Shown here: piece after piece, positions 8,686 through 16,503 of the stretch
Position numbering within the stretch: position 1 is the first letter of the stretch
Layout: the number at the start of each line of letters is the position of its first letter
Source: a virus
Taxonomy: Duplodnaviria; Caudoviricetes
Length of the DNA: 64,000 nucleotides
Direction: 5' to 3' (one strand)
Virus record (IMG/VR): IMGVR_UViG_3300033066_001917
Location: 128,001 to 192,000 of that record
The notes under the pieces: model-generated
The model's input: the letters and a program-made list of their open reading frames with translations, nothing else
Databases searched by the model: none
Told to the model about the DNA's origin: nothing
Made by a program: the position numbers and the translations under genes

Positions 8686-9615
8686 TCAGAACATCTCCAG
8701 AACGTTCGTCTTGTTGTTGACGCAGTGGGGAGAGTACCACAAAGACTCCAAACGAGCCCCCTCACCAGGGGCATGATCTGACTGGTTGGCATACCCACCC
8801 TTAGCTTTCCAGTGATGGAGGGTCCATCCGTGGTTCTCGATCTCGGTGTGTTCACCAGGGAGTCCGGCCAGGACAATGCGAATGCGTGGGTTGGCTCCCT
8901 GCTCGATGCACCACTCCCGGACCTGGGCTGATAGGTTGGTTCCGGTGCCCCCCATCGCATACTGCTGGTTGCCAGTGGCATAGGGGGGGTCAAGGAAAAT
9001 TCCCACGGTGGAGTTTCCGTGCAGGGTGTGGTCCGCTGGGAAGAGGGTTGTACGTGACCCACACACCCTCTTCCAGTCACCACAACAGACTCGTACCCTA
9101 GACAGGCGTTTGGACAGGGACACAATGTGTTCCACCTGGGATGCGGGGTCCCTGCCTACGATTCCCCTCCCGAGGTCACTGAGGGAGGGTAGCTGACGTG
9201 AGGGCTTGCTCATCCACCCAGAGCCAATCCAGGAGTTCTGCCCCCAACACCACCACCCTGCCACCTTGGGGTCACACCACTCAGGGTCAGCCAGGAGTTT
9301 CTCTACGAGGCCATCCCTGTTGTCAATGAGCCACTGATGCCGGGCGTGAAGGTCCACCTCGGAGATGGGCCAATCCAGGTGGTGGGCTACCTCCTCCGGT
9401 TTGAGCCTGGAAGCCCGCCAGAAGTTTGCCACCATCCCATCGGCATCGTTGAGGGTCTCCAAACGGTCTTTGTTTGGGCGTGCAAGGAGGACTGCGGCAG
9501 ACCCACAGAAAGGTTCGATGTAGTGGTCCGGGTTTCCAAGGGCTTCCCACACCTGGGAAGCCGCGCGGCTTTTGCCGCCGAAATAATAGAAGGGTGCTCT
9601 GAGAAGGTTCGCCAT
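8686..9615 (-). CDS. DNA adenine methyltransferase (Dam/D12 class)
   Basis: PFYYFGGKS, YIEPFCGSAAV, LND, FLDPPY motifs. Confidence 0.92.
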   Translation of the reverse strand: MANLLRAPFYYFGGKSRAASQVWEALGNPDHYIEPFCGSAAVLLARPNKDRLETLNDADGMVANFWRASRLKPEEVAHHLDWPISEVDLHARHQWLIDNRDGLVEKLLADPEWCDPKVAGWWCWGQNSWIGSGWMSKPSRQLPSLSDLGRGIVGRDPASQVEHIVSLSKRLSRVRVCCGDWKRVCGSRTTLFPADHTLHGNSTVGIFLDPPYATGNQQYAMGGTGTNLSAQVREWCIEQGANPRIRIVLAGLPGEHTEIENHGWTLHHWKAKGGYANQSDHAPGEGARLESLWYSPHCVNNKTNVLEMF

Positions 9616-9791
9616 GTGATCTCCAGTGAGATGATACCGGGACTTACGATCAGATCACTTGCGGCCAATAATAAAGTGGCCCTCCTCGGCGGGGACCACT
9701 ATAAATTTGCTGTCTTCATTGGTGAAACGACCACAAACGTAATTTACGGTTCGTGTCCACCCGTTGGCAATACCTCACGTAAGGATATAAC

Positions 9792-10724
9792 CTAGCTACC
9801 CATCAAAGAGAGAATTGAATCGTCATCCATTTCTTTGAGGCAATGAGGGCTCATCCAAAGTCTCTCCCGACGAGAATTCTCTTTGGATTGATCCGACCTG
9901 CGAATACCACCTGAGACCCAAGCCAGAACATTCCAACCATGCTTTTCTAATTCCTTATGCTCGGTGTCGTAACCAGCTAGAACAATCCGAAGGGTTGGGT
10001 CAGATCCATTTTCCAGACACCACTTCTGAACCTCTTTGCTAAGTTCCTGGTTATCATTGTCACCATAGCAATTCCCATCACGATCCGGATCGCTGTAGGG
10101 GGGATCAAGAAAGACGCCTGCCACCCTCCCCCTACCCAACTCACCCCACAATACGGACGGAGTAAGAACTCTTTTCCAATCGCCGCACAGGACCCTCACT
10201 CTTTTCATCCGGTTATGAAGGGCCGTTAGATCCTCAAAGGCATTGAAGGCCAACCTATGAACACCATGACCAGCTACATGACCAGAGCATTGAGGTTTGA
10301 TGTTATGGAGCTTCCCCTCACACCACCCCCCACCAAACCATGTGCTTTTTCCCCAAGCCCACCAACCAGCTATTTTCGGGTCGCACCACTCCGGGTCAGA
10401 TTTGAGGCTCTCTAGAAGTTCCTTGTTTTGATTCCACAACCATCTGTGCCGACAATGTAGATCAACCTCTGATACGGGGAATTGAATGTGCTGGATAACA
10501 TCTTGCGGTTTGGACGCCACGGAACGCCAGAAGTTGGAAATGAAGCCGTTTACATCATTAACGGTTTCAATCCAGGGTCCTGAACCAGGGCGGGCCAATA
10601 AAACCGCAGCAGATCCACAAAATGGTTCAACGTAGGTATCTACATCCCCTAGGGACTTCCAAATCTCATCTGCTATTCTTGATTTCCCACCAAAATAGGG
10701 GAACGGGGCTTTCAACTCGGTCAT
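9792..10724 (-). CDS. DNA adenine methyltransferase (Dam/D12 class), paralog
   Basis: PFPYFGGKS, YVEPFCGSAAV, FLDPPY motifs. Confidence 0.92.
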   Translation of the reverse strand: MTELKAPFPYFGGKSRIADEIWKSLGDVDTYVEPFCGSAAVLLARPGSGPWIETVNDVNGFISNFWRSVASKPQDVIQHIQFPVSEVDLHCRHRWLWNQNKELLESLKSDPEWCDPKIAGWWAWGKSTWFGGGWCEGKLHNIKPQCSGHVAGHGVHRLAFNAFEDLTALHNRMKRVRVLCGDWKRVLTPSVLWGELGRGRVAGVFLDPPYSDPDRDGNCYGDNDNQELSKEVQKWCLENGSDPTLRIVLAGYDTEHKELEKHGWNVLAWVSGGIRRSDQSKENSRRERLWMSPHCLKEMDDDSILSLMGS

Positions 10725-10755
10725 ACAAGAGGTTACCCCTCTTGTGTGATGGGGA

Positions 10756-10992
10756 TTAAGGATTGATTGATGACACTCTGATTACCCTAATGGGTACCCC
10801 CATATAGTCATCCGGCATAAACCCAAGGGATCGCAATTTACGGACGTAAACAACGAACTCCCAATACCCCTTCTCGTCGCTTACTCCCACACTAACCAGT
10901 GCCCCTCCGACCAACTTTAAGAGAAGGTCATTGAGTTGGAAAGATAAATACTCCATCCGCTCTTTGGTGTATTCTTCCGAGGGGTATCCCAT
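10756..10992 (-). CDS. hypothetical protein
   Basis: ATG just after tRNA 3' end (MGYPSEE...). Confidence 0.5.
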   Translation of the reverse strand: MGYPSEEYTKERMEYLSFQLNDLLLKLVGGALVSVGVSDEKGYWEFVVYVRKLRSLGFMPDDYMGVPIRVIRVSSINP

Positions 10993-10993
10993 A

Positions 10994-11067
10994 GTGTCAC
11001 TGGTGAGACTTGCACTCACACCCTGCGGCTTATGAAACCGCCGCTCCACTACTTGAGCTACAGTGAC
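10994..11067 (-). tRNA. tRNA-Met/Ile2(CAT)
   Basis: GCGGT-TTCATAA-GCCGC; TGCAAGT T-loop. Confidence 0.85.
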
Positions 11068-11069
11068 GT

Positions 11070-11393
11070 TCAAGCCCTTGGGGCTGCTAACAAAACCTTA
11101 ACCCTGTCGCCAAACTTAGGCCCACGGACTGTTACTTTCCCCGTCATAAACTGAATCATTCCGTGGGACTTTTCAACCCTAACTACTTCAGCACCCCATA
11201 GAGCCATAACACCGCCCCGAAGGCTGGACAGATTCCCTTGGAAGTCTATGACTTGGAAATCCTTATCGTTCATGGTGACCTGGGTGACATCGGCCCACTG
11301 CTCCGCATCCTCAAAAGCATCATGGATGTCTTCAATCGACGGAGGCCAGTGGTCAATCGTCAGAGTGATGTCCGGGGATGGGGTTTTAGCCAT
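11070..11393 (-). CDS. hypothetical protein
   Basis: ORF in minus-strand run. Confidence 0.5.
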   Translation of the reverse strand: MAKTPSPDITLTIDHWPPSIEDIHDAFEDAEQWADVTQVTMNDKDFQVIDFQGNLSSLRGGVMALWGAEVVRVEKSHGMIQFMTGKVTVRGPKFGDRVKVLLAAPRA

Positions 11394-11416
11394 GGGGATA
11401 TTACCCCATCTCCTAT

Positions 11417-11779
11417 TTATCGGACATACCAGTGAAGGGCCCATCCAGGATCGCCAAAAGGGATCCGATATTTCTCACAGAAGGATCGGAGGATGGCATC
11501 CATCGAACCTGCGTCCGTACCTTTCGGGAAGTCCCGGAAATAAACGAGATTTCTAGGGTCTATATCCCAATGGTAAGCGATATTTCGTCGGCTTTTCATG
11601 AGATAGAGGAAAAACCTCCGGTCCTTTGTGTCTTCCGGGTTCGGCCTCTCAATGTAAACTTGGGGGTCCTTAGTTCCATCCCACTGTACGGCCTGACGAA
11701 CGGTCATATCCGACCCATAAAGATCAGACTCCTGAATTATGAGACCATAAACAACGTCAACTCCAAGATGCATTCCCAT
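11417..11779 (-). CDS. hypothetical protein
   Basis: ORF in minus-strand run. Confidence 0.55.
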   Translation of the reverse strand: MGMHLGVDVVYGLIIQESDLYGSDMTVRQAVQWDGTKDPQVYIERPNPEDTKDRRFFLYLMKSRRNIAYHWDIDPRNLVYFRDFPKGTDAGSMDAILRSFCEKYRIPFGDPGWALHWYVR

Positions 11780-11784
11780 GAGGA

Positions 11785-12210
11785 CTAACCTTTCAGATGT
11801 TGAATTACCAGTTCCGGGACGTCCTTAGATGTCATCGGATCCAAAATGTGAAATTGGAGATGTTTCCTACTGAGGGATGTCTTCCAGGAGTTGGGTAGGT
11901 CTCCTTTCCACAAAGAGTTGAGTTCCGGGAGGATGGTTAAACCCTCTAGGGGAAACCCACCGTTAACGAAACACACCAATGATTTGAGTCTCTTTGCCCC
12001 ATCTATGATTTCCCAATCTCCGCGGATGTCCTGACGGACATAAATAGGCGGAAGAGGAAAATCGCAGACAATCGATTCAATCAATTTTGACATTTTATCT
12101 GTGGGCCAAATCCCATGGTCCGAAAAATAAATGTCGCTGTGATCAATTCGGTCTAGGGTTTCTCTAACCGTAAGCTGGCGGCTGTGCCAGCGAATATATG
12201 GCTCTACCAT
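11785..12210 (-). CDS. DUF262 (ParB/GmrS-like) domain protein
   Basis: W...SKLIESI...PLPPIY...WEIIDGAKRL. Confidence 0.8.
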   Translation of the reverse strand: MVEPYIRWHSRQLTVRETLDRIDHSDIYFSDHGIWPTDKMSKLIESIVCDFPLPPIYVRQDIRGDWEIIDGAKRLKSLVCFVNGGFPLEGLTILPELNSLWKGDLPNSWKTSLSRKHLQFHILDPMTSKDVPELVIQHLKG

Positions 12211-12213
12211 GAA

Positions 12214-12507
12214 TCAATGGGCCTTTCCGCATGAAGCGCAGGTTGGGGAAATGGGGTATTCATCCCGATCTCGAACGGTACAAGCGTGGTAGGCACCGCA
12301 GTGGGGACATTTCCGCGGGAGCTTGGGATAGGTCACGTCCGCCAGGGCATAGGAAGAGAGCTTCCCGTTGTCCCACTGGATGTCAACCATGAACTCCCAA
12401 TCGCGTTCTCGGCGGTAGTGGCGAACCACCCGACCGACCACACCGGGTTCGTCAGAGATGAGACGGCTGTCCACGGGAAGGTTCCCACGGTGATACTTGG
12501 CATTCAT
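12214..12507 (-). CDS. hypothetical protein with C-terminal Zn ribbon
   Basis: CPHCG...CASCG. Confidence 0.55.
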   Translation of the reverse strand: MNAKYHRGNLPVDSRLISDEPGVVGRVVRHYRRERDWEFMVDIQWDNGKLSSYALADVTYPKLPRKCPHCGAYHACTVRDRDEYPISPTCASCGKAH

Positions 12508-12553
12508 GGTGTTCGTTACCTCTCAACCCTGTATGGGTTGACGGTTGAGGGAA

Positions 12554-12841
12554 TCAAAACGCTTGGTTGATCAGGTCGTCGAATCCCGCTGGGTGAATCC
12601 ACGGCCGCGGGGTAGCCCGATACACATGAGCCTGCCTACCCATGAACTTGACAGTGTAGGAGATCCAATCCTCACCTTTGGATTCACTTTCAACCTCCAC
12701 TGTCTCACCTTCCGTAGCGTAGACACCACAGAAGGGGTCAACACCACGGAAATAGGGTCGACCTATAGTGTGGAGGAAAAACTCCTCCACAGGTAGTGGT
12801 AGCTGAATGATGTCATGATCCGTCAGAGTTAGAGTTGCCAT
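12554..12841 (-). CDS. hypothetical protein
   Basis: ORF after tRNA-Pro. Confidence 0.5.
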   Translation of the reverse strand: MATLTLTDHDIIQLPLPVEEFFLHTIGRPYFRGVDPFCGVYATEGETVEVESESKGEDWISYTVKFMGRQAHVYRATPRPWIHPAGFDDLINQAF

Positions 12842-12859
12842 GACACTGTTACTCGAATA

Positions 12860-12936
12860 GTCGGAGTGAGTGGATTCGAACCACCGATCTCTGCGTTCCG
12901 AACGCAGCGCCTTAGACCAGACTAGACCACACCCCG
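12860..12936 (-). tRNA. tRNA-Pro(CGG)
   Basis: CTGCG-TTCGGAA-CGCAG; GTTCGAATC. Confidence 0.92.
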
Positions 12937-12945
12937 GAGAAAATA

Positions 12946-13021
12946 GTCAGGGTAACAGGATTTGAACCTGCGAACCTCCCGGATCCCGACCGGGCACTCT
13001 TCCAGACTGAGCTATACCCTG
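12946..13021 (-). tRNA. tRNA-Pro(GGG)
   Basis: CCCGG-TCGGGAT-CCGGG; GTTCAAATC. Confidence 0.88.
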
Positions 13022-13047
13022 ATTTGGGGGTCAACCCCCCGAAGCTA

Positions 13048-13581
13048 TCAAATCGAAATCGCCAACATCTGCTGACGAAGCTGCTCGCGACGTTTTCCGT
13101 ACGTCCGAACAACATCATCATGGATACGAGGATCCAAGTAAGAACGAACATCCTCCTCGTTAGCCATCATCTTCCGAACCATCGTTGCAGAAATGTTTGG
13201 TCGACCGGGGCCAGAACGGTCCCACACTTCTGTGGTGTAACCTCGGCTAGAGAAGATATCCAGATCTTCTTTGCACCCACCATAAAACACCGGGCAATCC
13301 GGATATTCCTGGGCCAGACGGACCAAGTCATTCAGGGCATAAAGCCAATCATGATCAGAGTTGAAATCCGGGAGTGGTGCGATCCGGAGCTTGGGGTAGC
13401 ATCGCCGCAACCAAGTACTGCGATCCTCATAGGTGAACAGATTGCGTTCTGTCATGGGGGAATTGGCGCTCCCCAGGACTACGAGATGCTCTTGTCCATG
13501 TCGGCGGAGAAGCTCATCTAGATTCTGCATATGGCCCAGATGAAGTGGACTGAAGCGACCGACGCAAACGCCTAGGGTCAT
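13048..13581 (-). CDS. nicotinamide-nucleotide adenylyltransferase-like (NadM-type cytidylyltransferase fold)
   Basis: GRFSPLHLGH, GSAN, NLFTYEDR, ISATMVR. Confidence 0.85.
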   Translation of the reverse strand: MTLGVCVGRFSPLHLGHMQNLDELLRRHGQEHLVVLGSANSPMTERNLFTYEDRSTWLRRCYPKLRIAPLPDFNSDHDWLYALNDLVRLAQEYPDCPVFYGGCKEDLDIFSSRGYTTEVWDRSGPGRPNISATMVRKMMANEEDVRSYLDPRIHDDVVRTYGKRREQLRQQMLAISI

Positions 13582-13608
13582 GGTGGACTCCTTAGGTTAT
13601 AGGTTGAC

Positions 13609-13854
13609 CTAAACTTCGGCGCCCGTGGATTCCTGGTCCTGGGCCTCGAAGATTGAGATCACATTCCAGGCAGGGTGTGGGTAGGAGGGATTAGACCCAT
13701 CCAGGTAGGATCGGAGGTTGTCGAGATTAAGACCCTTGGCCCATAGAGAGACACGTTCACACCGGAACGTATCACCGGAAAGCTCACCAACACGAACCTT
13801 ATCCGCACACATCAGAATAACACGCTTCATCATTCGTACCTTTGGTTGAACCAT
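13609..13854 (-). CDS. hypothetical protein
   Basis: AAGGA RBS after tRNA-Ser. Confidence 0.5.
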   Translation of the reverse strand: MVQPKVRMMKRVILMCADKVRVGELSGDTFRCERVSLWAKGLNLDNLRSYLDGSNPSYPHPAWNVISIFEAQDQESTGAEV

Positions 13855-13879
13855 TGAAATCCGACGTTCCTTGTTGTCG

Positions 13880-13967
13880 GGCGGCGGGAGGGGGAGTCGA
13901 ACCCTCAAGGGCTTGTGGCCTCGGCGGTTTTCAAGACCGTTTTCGTCACCAATCGATTTGCCCCGCC
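13880..13967 (-). tRNA. tRNA-Ser(TGA)
   Basis: Loop CT-TGA-AA, long variable arm. Confidence 0.9.
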
Positions 13968-14030
13968 ATGTGGGGTCGTTGGATGTTACGCCAACGACCC
14001 CGGATATGATTGATCTTTCTTGTGGGTTTC

Positions 14031-14531
14031 CTAAACGTATGGGGCCCAGGTCGGATGGATCTCAGCCGGGAGGGCGGAATCCACCGAGACCGGACGGGCA
14101 GGTACGGTTCGCAGCACCATCTTTGCCTGCTCCGGTGTACGGTCAGCCTTTTTCGCATTGCAGGGCTGGCACGACGCCACGATATTGGTCCAGTCCGTCT
14201 TCCCACCCTTGGAGCGCGGGAGAACGTGATCCAGGGTGAGCTCTACCCCGGAGAAGGTCTTGCCGCAGTACTGACAGCAGTAACCGTCTCGGCGGTAAAC
14301 GTTCGCACGCGAGAACCGGGCACGACGCTCCTGCCGGGCGTACTTGCGCAGTCTCACGACTGAGGGCATCTGGATCGTGAGAGACGGGGATGAGACAGGG
14401 ATATCGTAGGATTCTAGGACATCCACCTTTCCGAGGAAGTCGAGCGTGACCGCCCGCTCCCAGGGGATGACCCCCATCACTTCATACGAGGCATTGAGGA
14501 GGAGAGCAACGAGGGACATGACGATGACCAT
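14031..14531 (-). CDS. HNH endonuclease (McrA-like)
   Basis: LLLNASYE...RDGYCCQYCG...LTLDHVLPRSKGG...WTNIVASCQPCN. Confidence 0.9.
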   Translation of the reverse strand: MVIVMSLVALLLNASYEVMGVIPWERAVTLDFLGKVDVLESYDIPVSSPSLTIQMPSVVRLRKYARQERRARFSRANVYRRDGYCCQYCGKTFSGVELTLDHVLPRSKGGKTDWTNIVASCQPCNAKKADRTPEQAKMVLRTVPARPVSVDSALPAEIHPTWAPYV

Positions 14532-14563
14532 TTCTGCCCCCGCGTTGTGAGGGGCTAGTGATT

Positions 14564-14652
14564 GCGGAAGGTGAGGGAATTGAACCCACGGACCTTATTA
14601 GGGCCAACCGTTTTCGAAACGGTCCCAACAAACCAGCATTTGGCTACCTTCC
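14564..14652 (-). tRNA. tRNA-Ser(CGA)
   Basis: Loop TT-CGA-AA, long variable arm. Confidence 0.9.
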
Positions 14653-14669
14653 ACGAGTTGAATTTCATA

Positions 14670-14760
14670 GCGGTGAGCAAGAGAATTGAACTCTTGGGCC
14701 CCTTTTGAGGACCATCTGCTTTCCAGGCAGACCCAGCGAACCAACATCTGGCTGCTCACC
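14670..14760 (-). tRNA. tRNA-Ser(GGA)
   Basis: Loop CT-GGA-AA, long variable arm. Confidence 0.9.
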
Positions 14761-14819
14761 TTGATATCGGTTAAGAGATAGAGAAACAAAGGGAAAACCG
14801 ACATTCCCGGGTAATTATT

Positions 14820-15026
14820 TTAGTACGTATCGTCTTCGTACCGCTTGGGTTTGGGCTTGTTGATGATTCTACGGCACTGAGGACAGGTCACATACCTTAC
14901 GTCTTCCCCCTCATCATGATCTCTGAATTCAACAATGTCCCCCGGATGGAAAGCCACCCGATAGCGACAATGTGGGCAAACTTCTTCCCATTCCCCTTCG
15001 GGGCGTTTACTTACGACCCTAGCCAT
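14820..15026 (-). CDS. small Zn-ribbon protein
   Basis: CPHC...CPQC. Confidence 0.6.
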   Translation of the reverse strand: MARVVSKRPEGEWEEVCPHCRYRVAFHPGDIVEFRDHDEGEDVRYVTCPQCRRIINKPKPKRYEDDTY

Positions 15027-15045
15027 TGCTTTCCAACCTACTTAT

Positions 15046-15121
15046 TGGCATCCTCGGCAGGAATCGCACCTGCGACCTTCGGCTTAGGAAGCCGCCGCTC
15101 TATCTCCTGAGCTACGAGGAC
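15046..15121 (-). tRNA. tRNA-Arg(CCT)
   Basis: Loop TT-CCT-AA, CCA. Confidence 0.9.
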
Positions 15122-15128
15122 ATCGAAT

Positions 15129-15206
15129 TGGTGCACACGGTGGGATTCGAACCCACACTGCTCGGCTTCTGAGACCGATGCCTCCTAACCTTTGGGCTAC
15201 GTGTGC
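15129..15206 (-). tRNA. tRNA-Leu(CAG), short variable loop
   Basis: TCGGT-CTCAGAA-GCCGA, CCA. Confidence 0.9.
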
Positions 15207-15209
15207 TCT

Positions 15210-15287
15210 TGGTCCCCGTGATAGGTCTTGCACCTACACTATATCTCAGGTTTGAGCTGAGTGCGACTGCTTTTGCGCCACACGGGG
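15210..15287 (-). tRNA. tRNA-Leu(CAA)
   Basis: CTCAG-CTCAAAC-CTGAG, TGCAAGA T-loop, CCA. Confidence 0.82.
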
Positions 15288-15294
15288 GAACAAT

Positions 15295-15386
15295 GTCCGT
15301 CTCTCCGGACTGTCAAGCACCCAAAAAGACCCCAACAAACACGCTCGCTTTGTTGCATTTGCTGGTGGCCGTCTTTCCGACCTGTC
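15295..15386 (-). ncRNA. two C4-antisense-like hairpins
   Basis: GACA-GGTCGGAAAGACGGCC and GACA-GTCCGGAGAGACGGAC. Confidence 0.5.
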
Positions 15387-15402
15387 TTCTATTAAAGAGC
15401 AT

Positions 15403-15493
15403 GTCCTTACACGAACGGACAATATTCCGACTGGATTGGACTCAAGGGGAAACCTTACACGAACGGGTTAATATTCCGACTGGATTGGTTTCC
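15403..15493 (-). repeat. tandem structured repeat, 2 units
   Basis: CCAATCCAGTCGGAATATT-N2/3-CCGTTCGTGTAAGG twice, with different closing stems. Confidence 0.85.
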
Positions 15494-15494
15494 T

Positions 15495-15569
15495 TGGCAC
15501 TCCCGGTGGGAATCGAACCCACGTTTAGAGATTGAAAGGCTCTGATCCTAACCTTTAGAAGACGGGAGC
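15495..15569 (-). tRNA. tRNA-Glu(TTC)
   Basis: Loop CT-TTC-AA, CCA. Confidence 0.9.
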
Positions 15570-15623
15570 AACATTCACTATTACGATCGGTAGCGATAAC
15601 TGATTTACCAAATCGACACTGTT

Positions 15624-15788
15624 TTAGTTGTGGGCCAACAATCGATCCGTGAGCTGTTCCCACAAGCTCTCCTCCCAAGGGCTAAGATCCTCACCCCGGG
15701 CCTCGGCTTCGTGAAGTTGGAGGGAGAGGGCCTCAGCCTTCACCGGATCAAAGTTTTCCAAGGCTTCTCGCAACTGCTTTAGATACAT
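15624..15788 (-). CDS. 54-aa protein not in the ORF track (MYLKQLREALENFDPVKAEAL...)
   Basis: GAGGTG RBS, ATG...TAA, helical composition. Confidence 0.65.
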   Translation of the reverse strand: MYLKQLREALENFDPVKAEALSLQLHEAEARGEDLSPWEESLWEQLTDRLLAHN

Positions 15789-15819
15789 CACACACCTCAC
15801 TGGAATTAGCGGAAATTAA

Positions 15820-15978
15820 GTGCAGCGTGTCGGGCTCGATCCCGAATCATCAACCCACCGTACTCACCACCCACGAACGTGGCTTTCGGAAAGGTTGGTG
15901 ACGACCCATCCCATCCCCTTAACCCCTGGGTTCGTGACCCCCCAAAGATTAGGCGAAGTGAGATATGTGTCGCGCTGC
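15820..15978 (-). ncRNA. tRNA-ended structured RNA (~160 nt)
   Basis: GCAGCG/CGCTGC-A terminal stem with T-like arm TCGGG-ATCGAG-CCCGA. Confidence 0.55.
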
Positions 15979-15979
15979 T

Positions 15980-16052
15980 TGGCACCCCATACAGGAGTCG
16001 AACCTGTCATGGCTGGTTTAGAAGACCTGCCTCCGCGTCCGGCGGATGGGGC
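15980..16052 (-). tRNA. tRNA-Arg(TCT), reduced D arm
   Basis: Loop CT-TCT-AA, GTTCGACTC, CCA. Confidence 0.82.
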
Positions 16053-16061
16053 ATAGAAACA

Positions 16062-16187
16062 TAGAGATGGTTGGATTTGAACCAACGTCCTGCGCCTGTT
16101 TTATCCGATTAAACTACATCCCCCTTACGGAAGAGGTGGGATTCGAACCCACAATCTGGCACTGTTCCGCCTCAGAACTTCATCTCT
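16062..16187 (-). ncRNA. anticodon-less double-elbow tRNA-like RNA
   Basis: Two D arms and two canonical T arms, no anticodon loop. Confidence 0.8.
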
Positions 16188-16193
16188 TCAATC

Positions 16194-16267
16194 GGTAGGT
16201 CCGTAGGGTAACGATCCCTCTTCTGCGGCTTAAAAGGCCGCGGCTCATCCACTAAAGCTTCGGACCC
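16194..16267 (-). tRNA. tRNA-Lys(TTT)
   Basis: GCGGC-CTTTTAA-GCCGC; ATCGTTA T-loop. Confidence 0.85.
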
Positions 16268-16269
16268 AT

Positions 16270-16411
16270 GTGACGGGTTGGGTACCGTCCCCGATTAGAT
16301 CGGACTATTTTTTTGACCCGGAGTTTCCGGTATTCCCCAGCTAGGGGTCTGCTGCGGGTGCGGCCCCCGATGAGCTGCGATATCATGATCGCAATCGGGA
16401 CTAAGCGTCAC
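16270..16411 (-). ncRNA. multi-stem structured RNA
   Basis: GTGACG/CGTCAC and GTCCCGATT/AATCGGGGAC enclosing several hairpins. Confidence 0.55.
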
Positions 16412-16418
16412 CCTCTCG

Positions 16419-16502
16419 TGTCCGGGGATGGAGTTGAACCACCCCACAAAACCGTACGGCTTTTCACCATCATGTTTTATGGGCGCCCTTCGCGCCAGGG
16501 AC
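16419..16502 (-). ncRNA. tRNA-like RNA with elongated non-canonical anticodon arm
   Basis: GTCC/GGAC-A end, GGTGG-TTCAACT-CCATC T arm, CATAAAAC/GTTTTGTG stem. Confidence 0.55.
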
Positions 16503-16503
16503 C

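Noticed and set aside
15403-15493. Mini CRISPR array
   Set aside because: Only two units separated by about 6 nt, no spacer-length sequence and no cas genes.
15820-15978. tmRNA
   Set aside because: Too short, no G3:U70 alanine acceptor, no tag reading frame evident.
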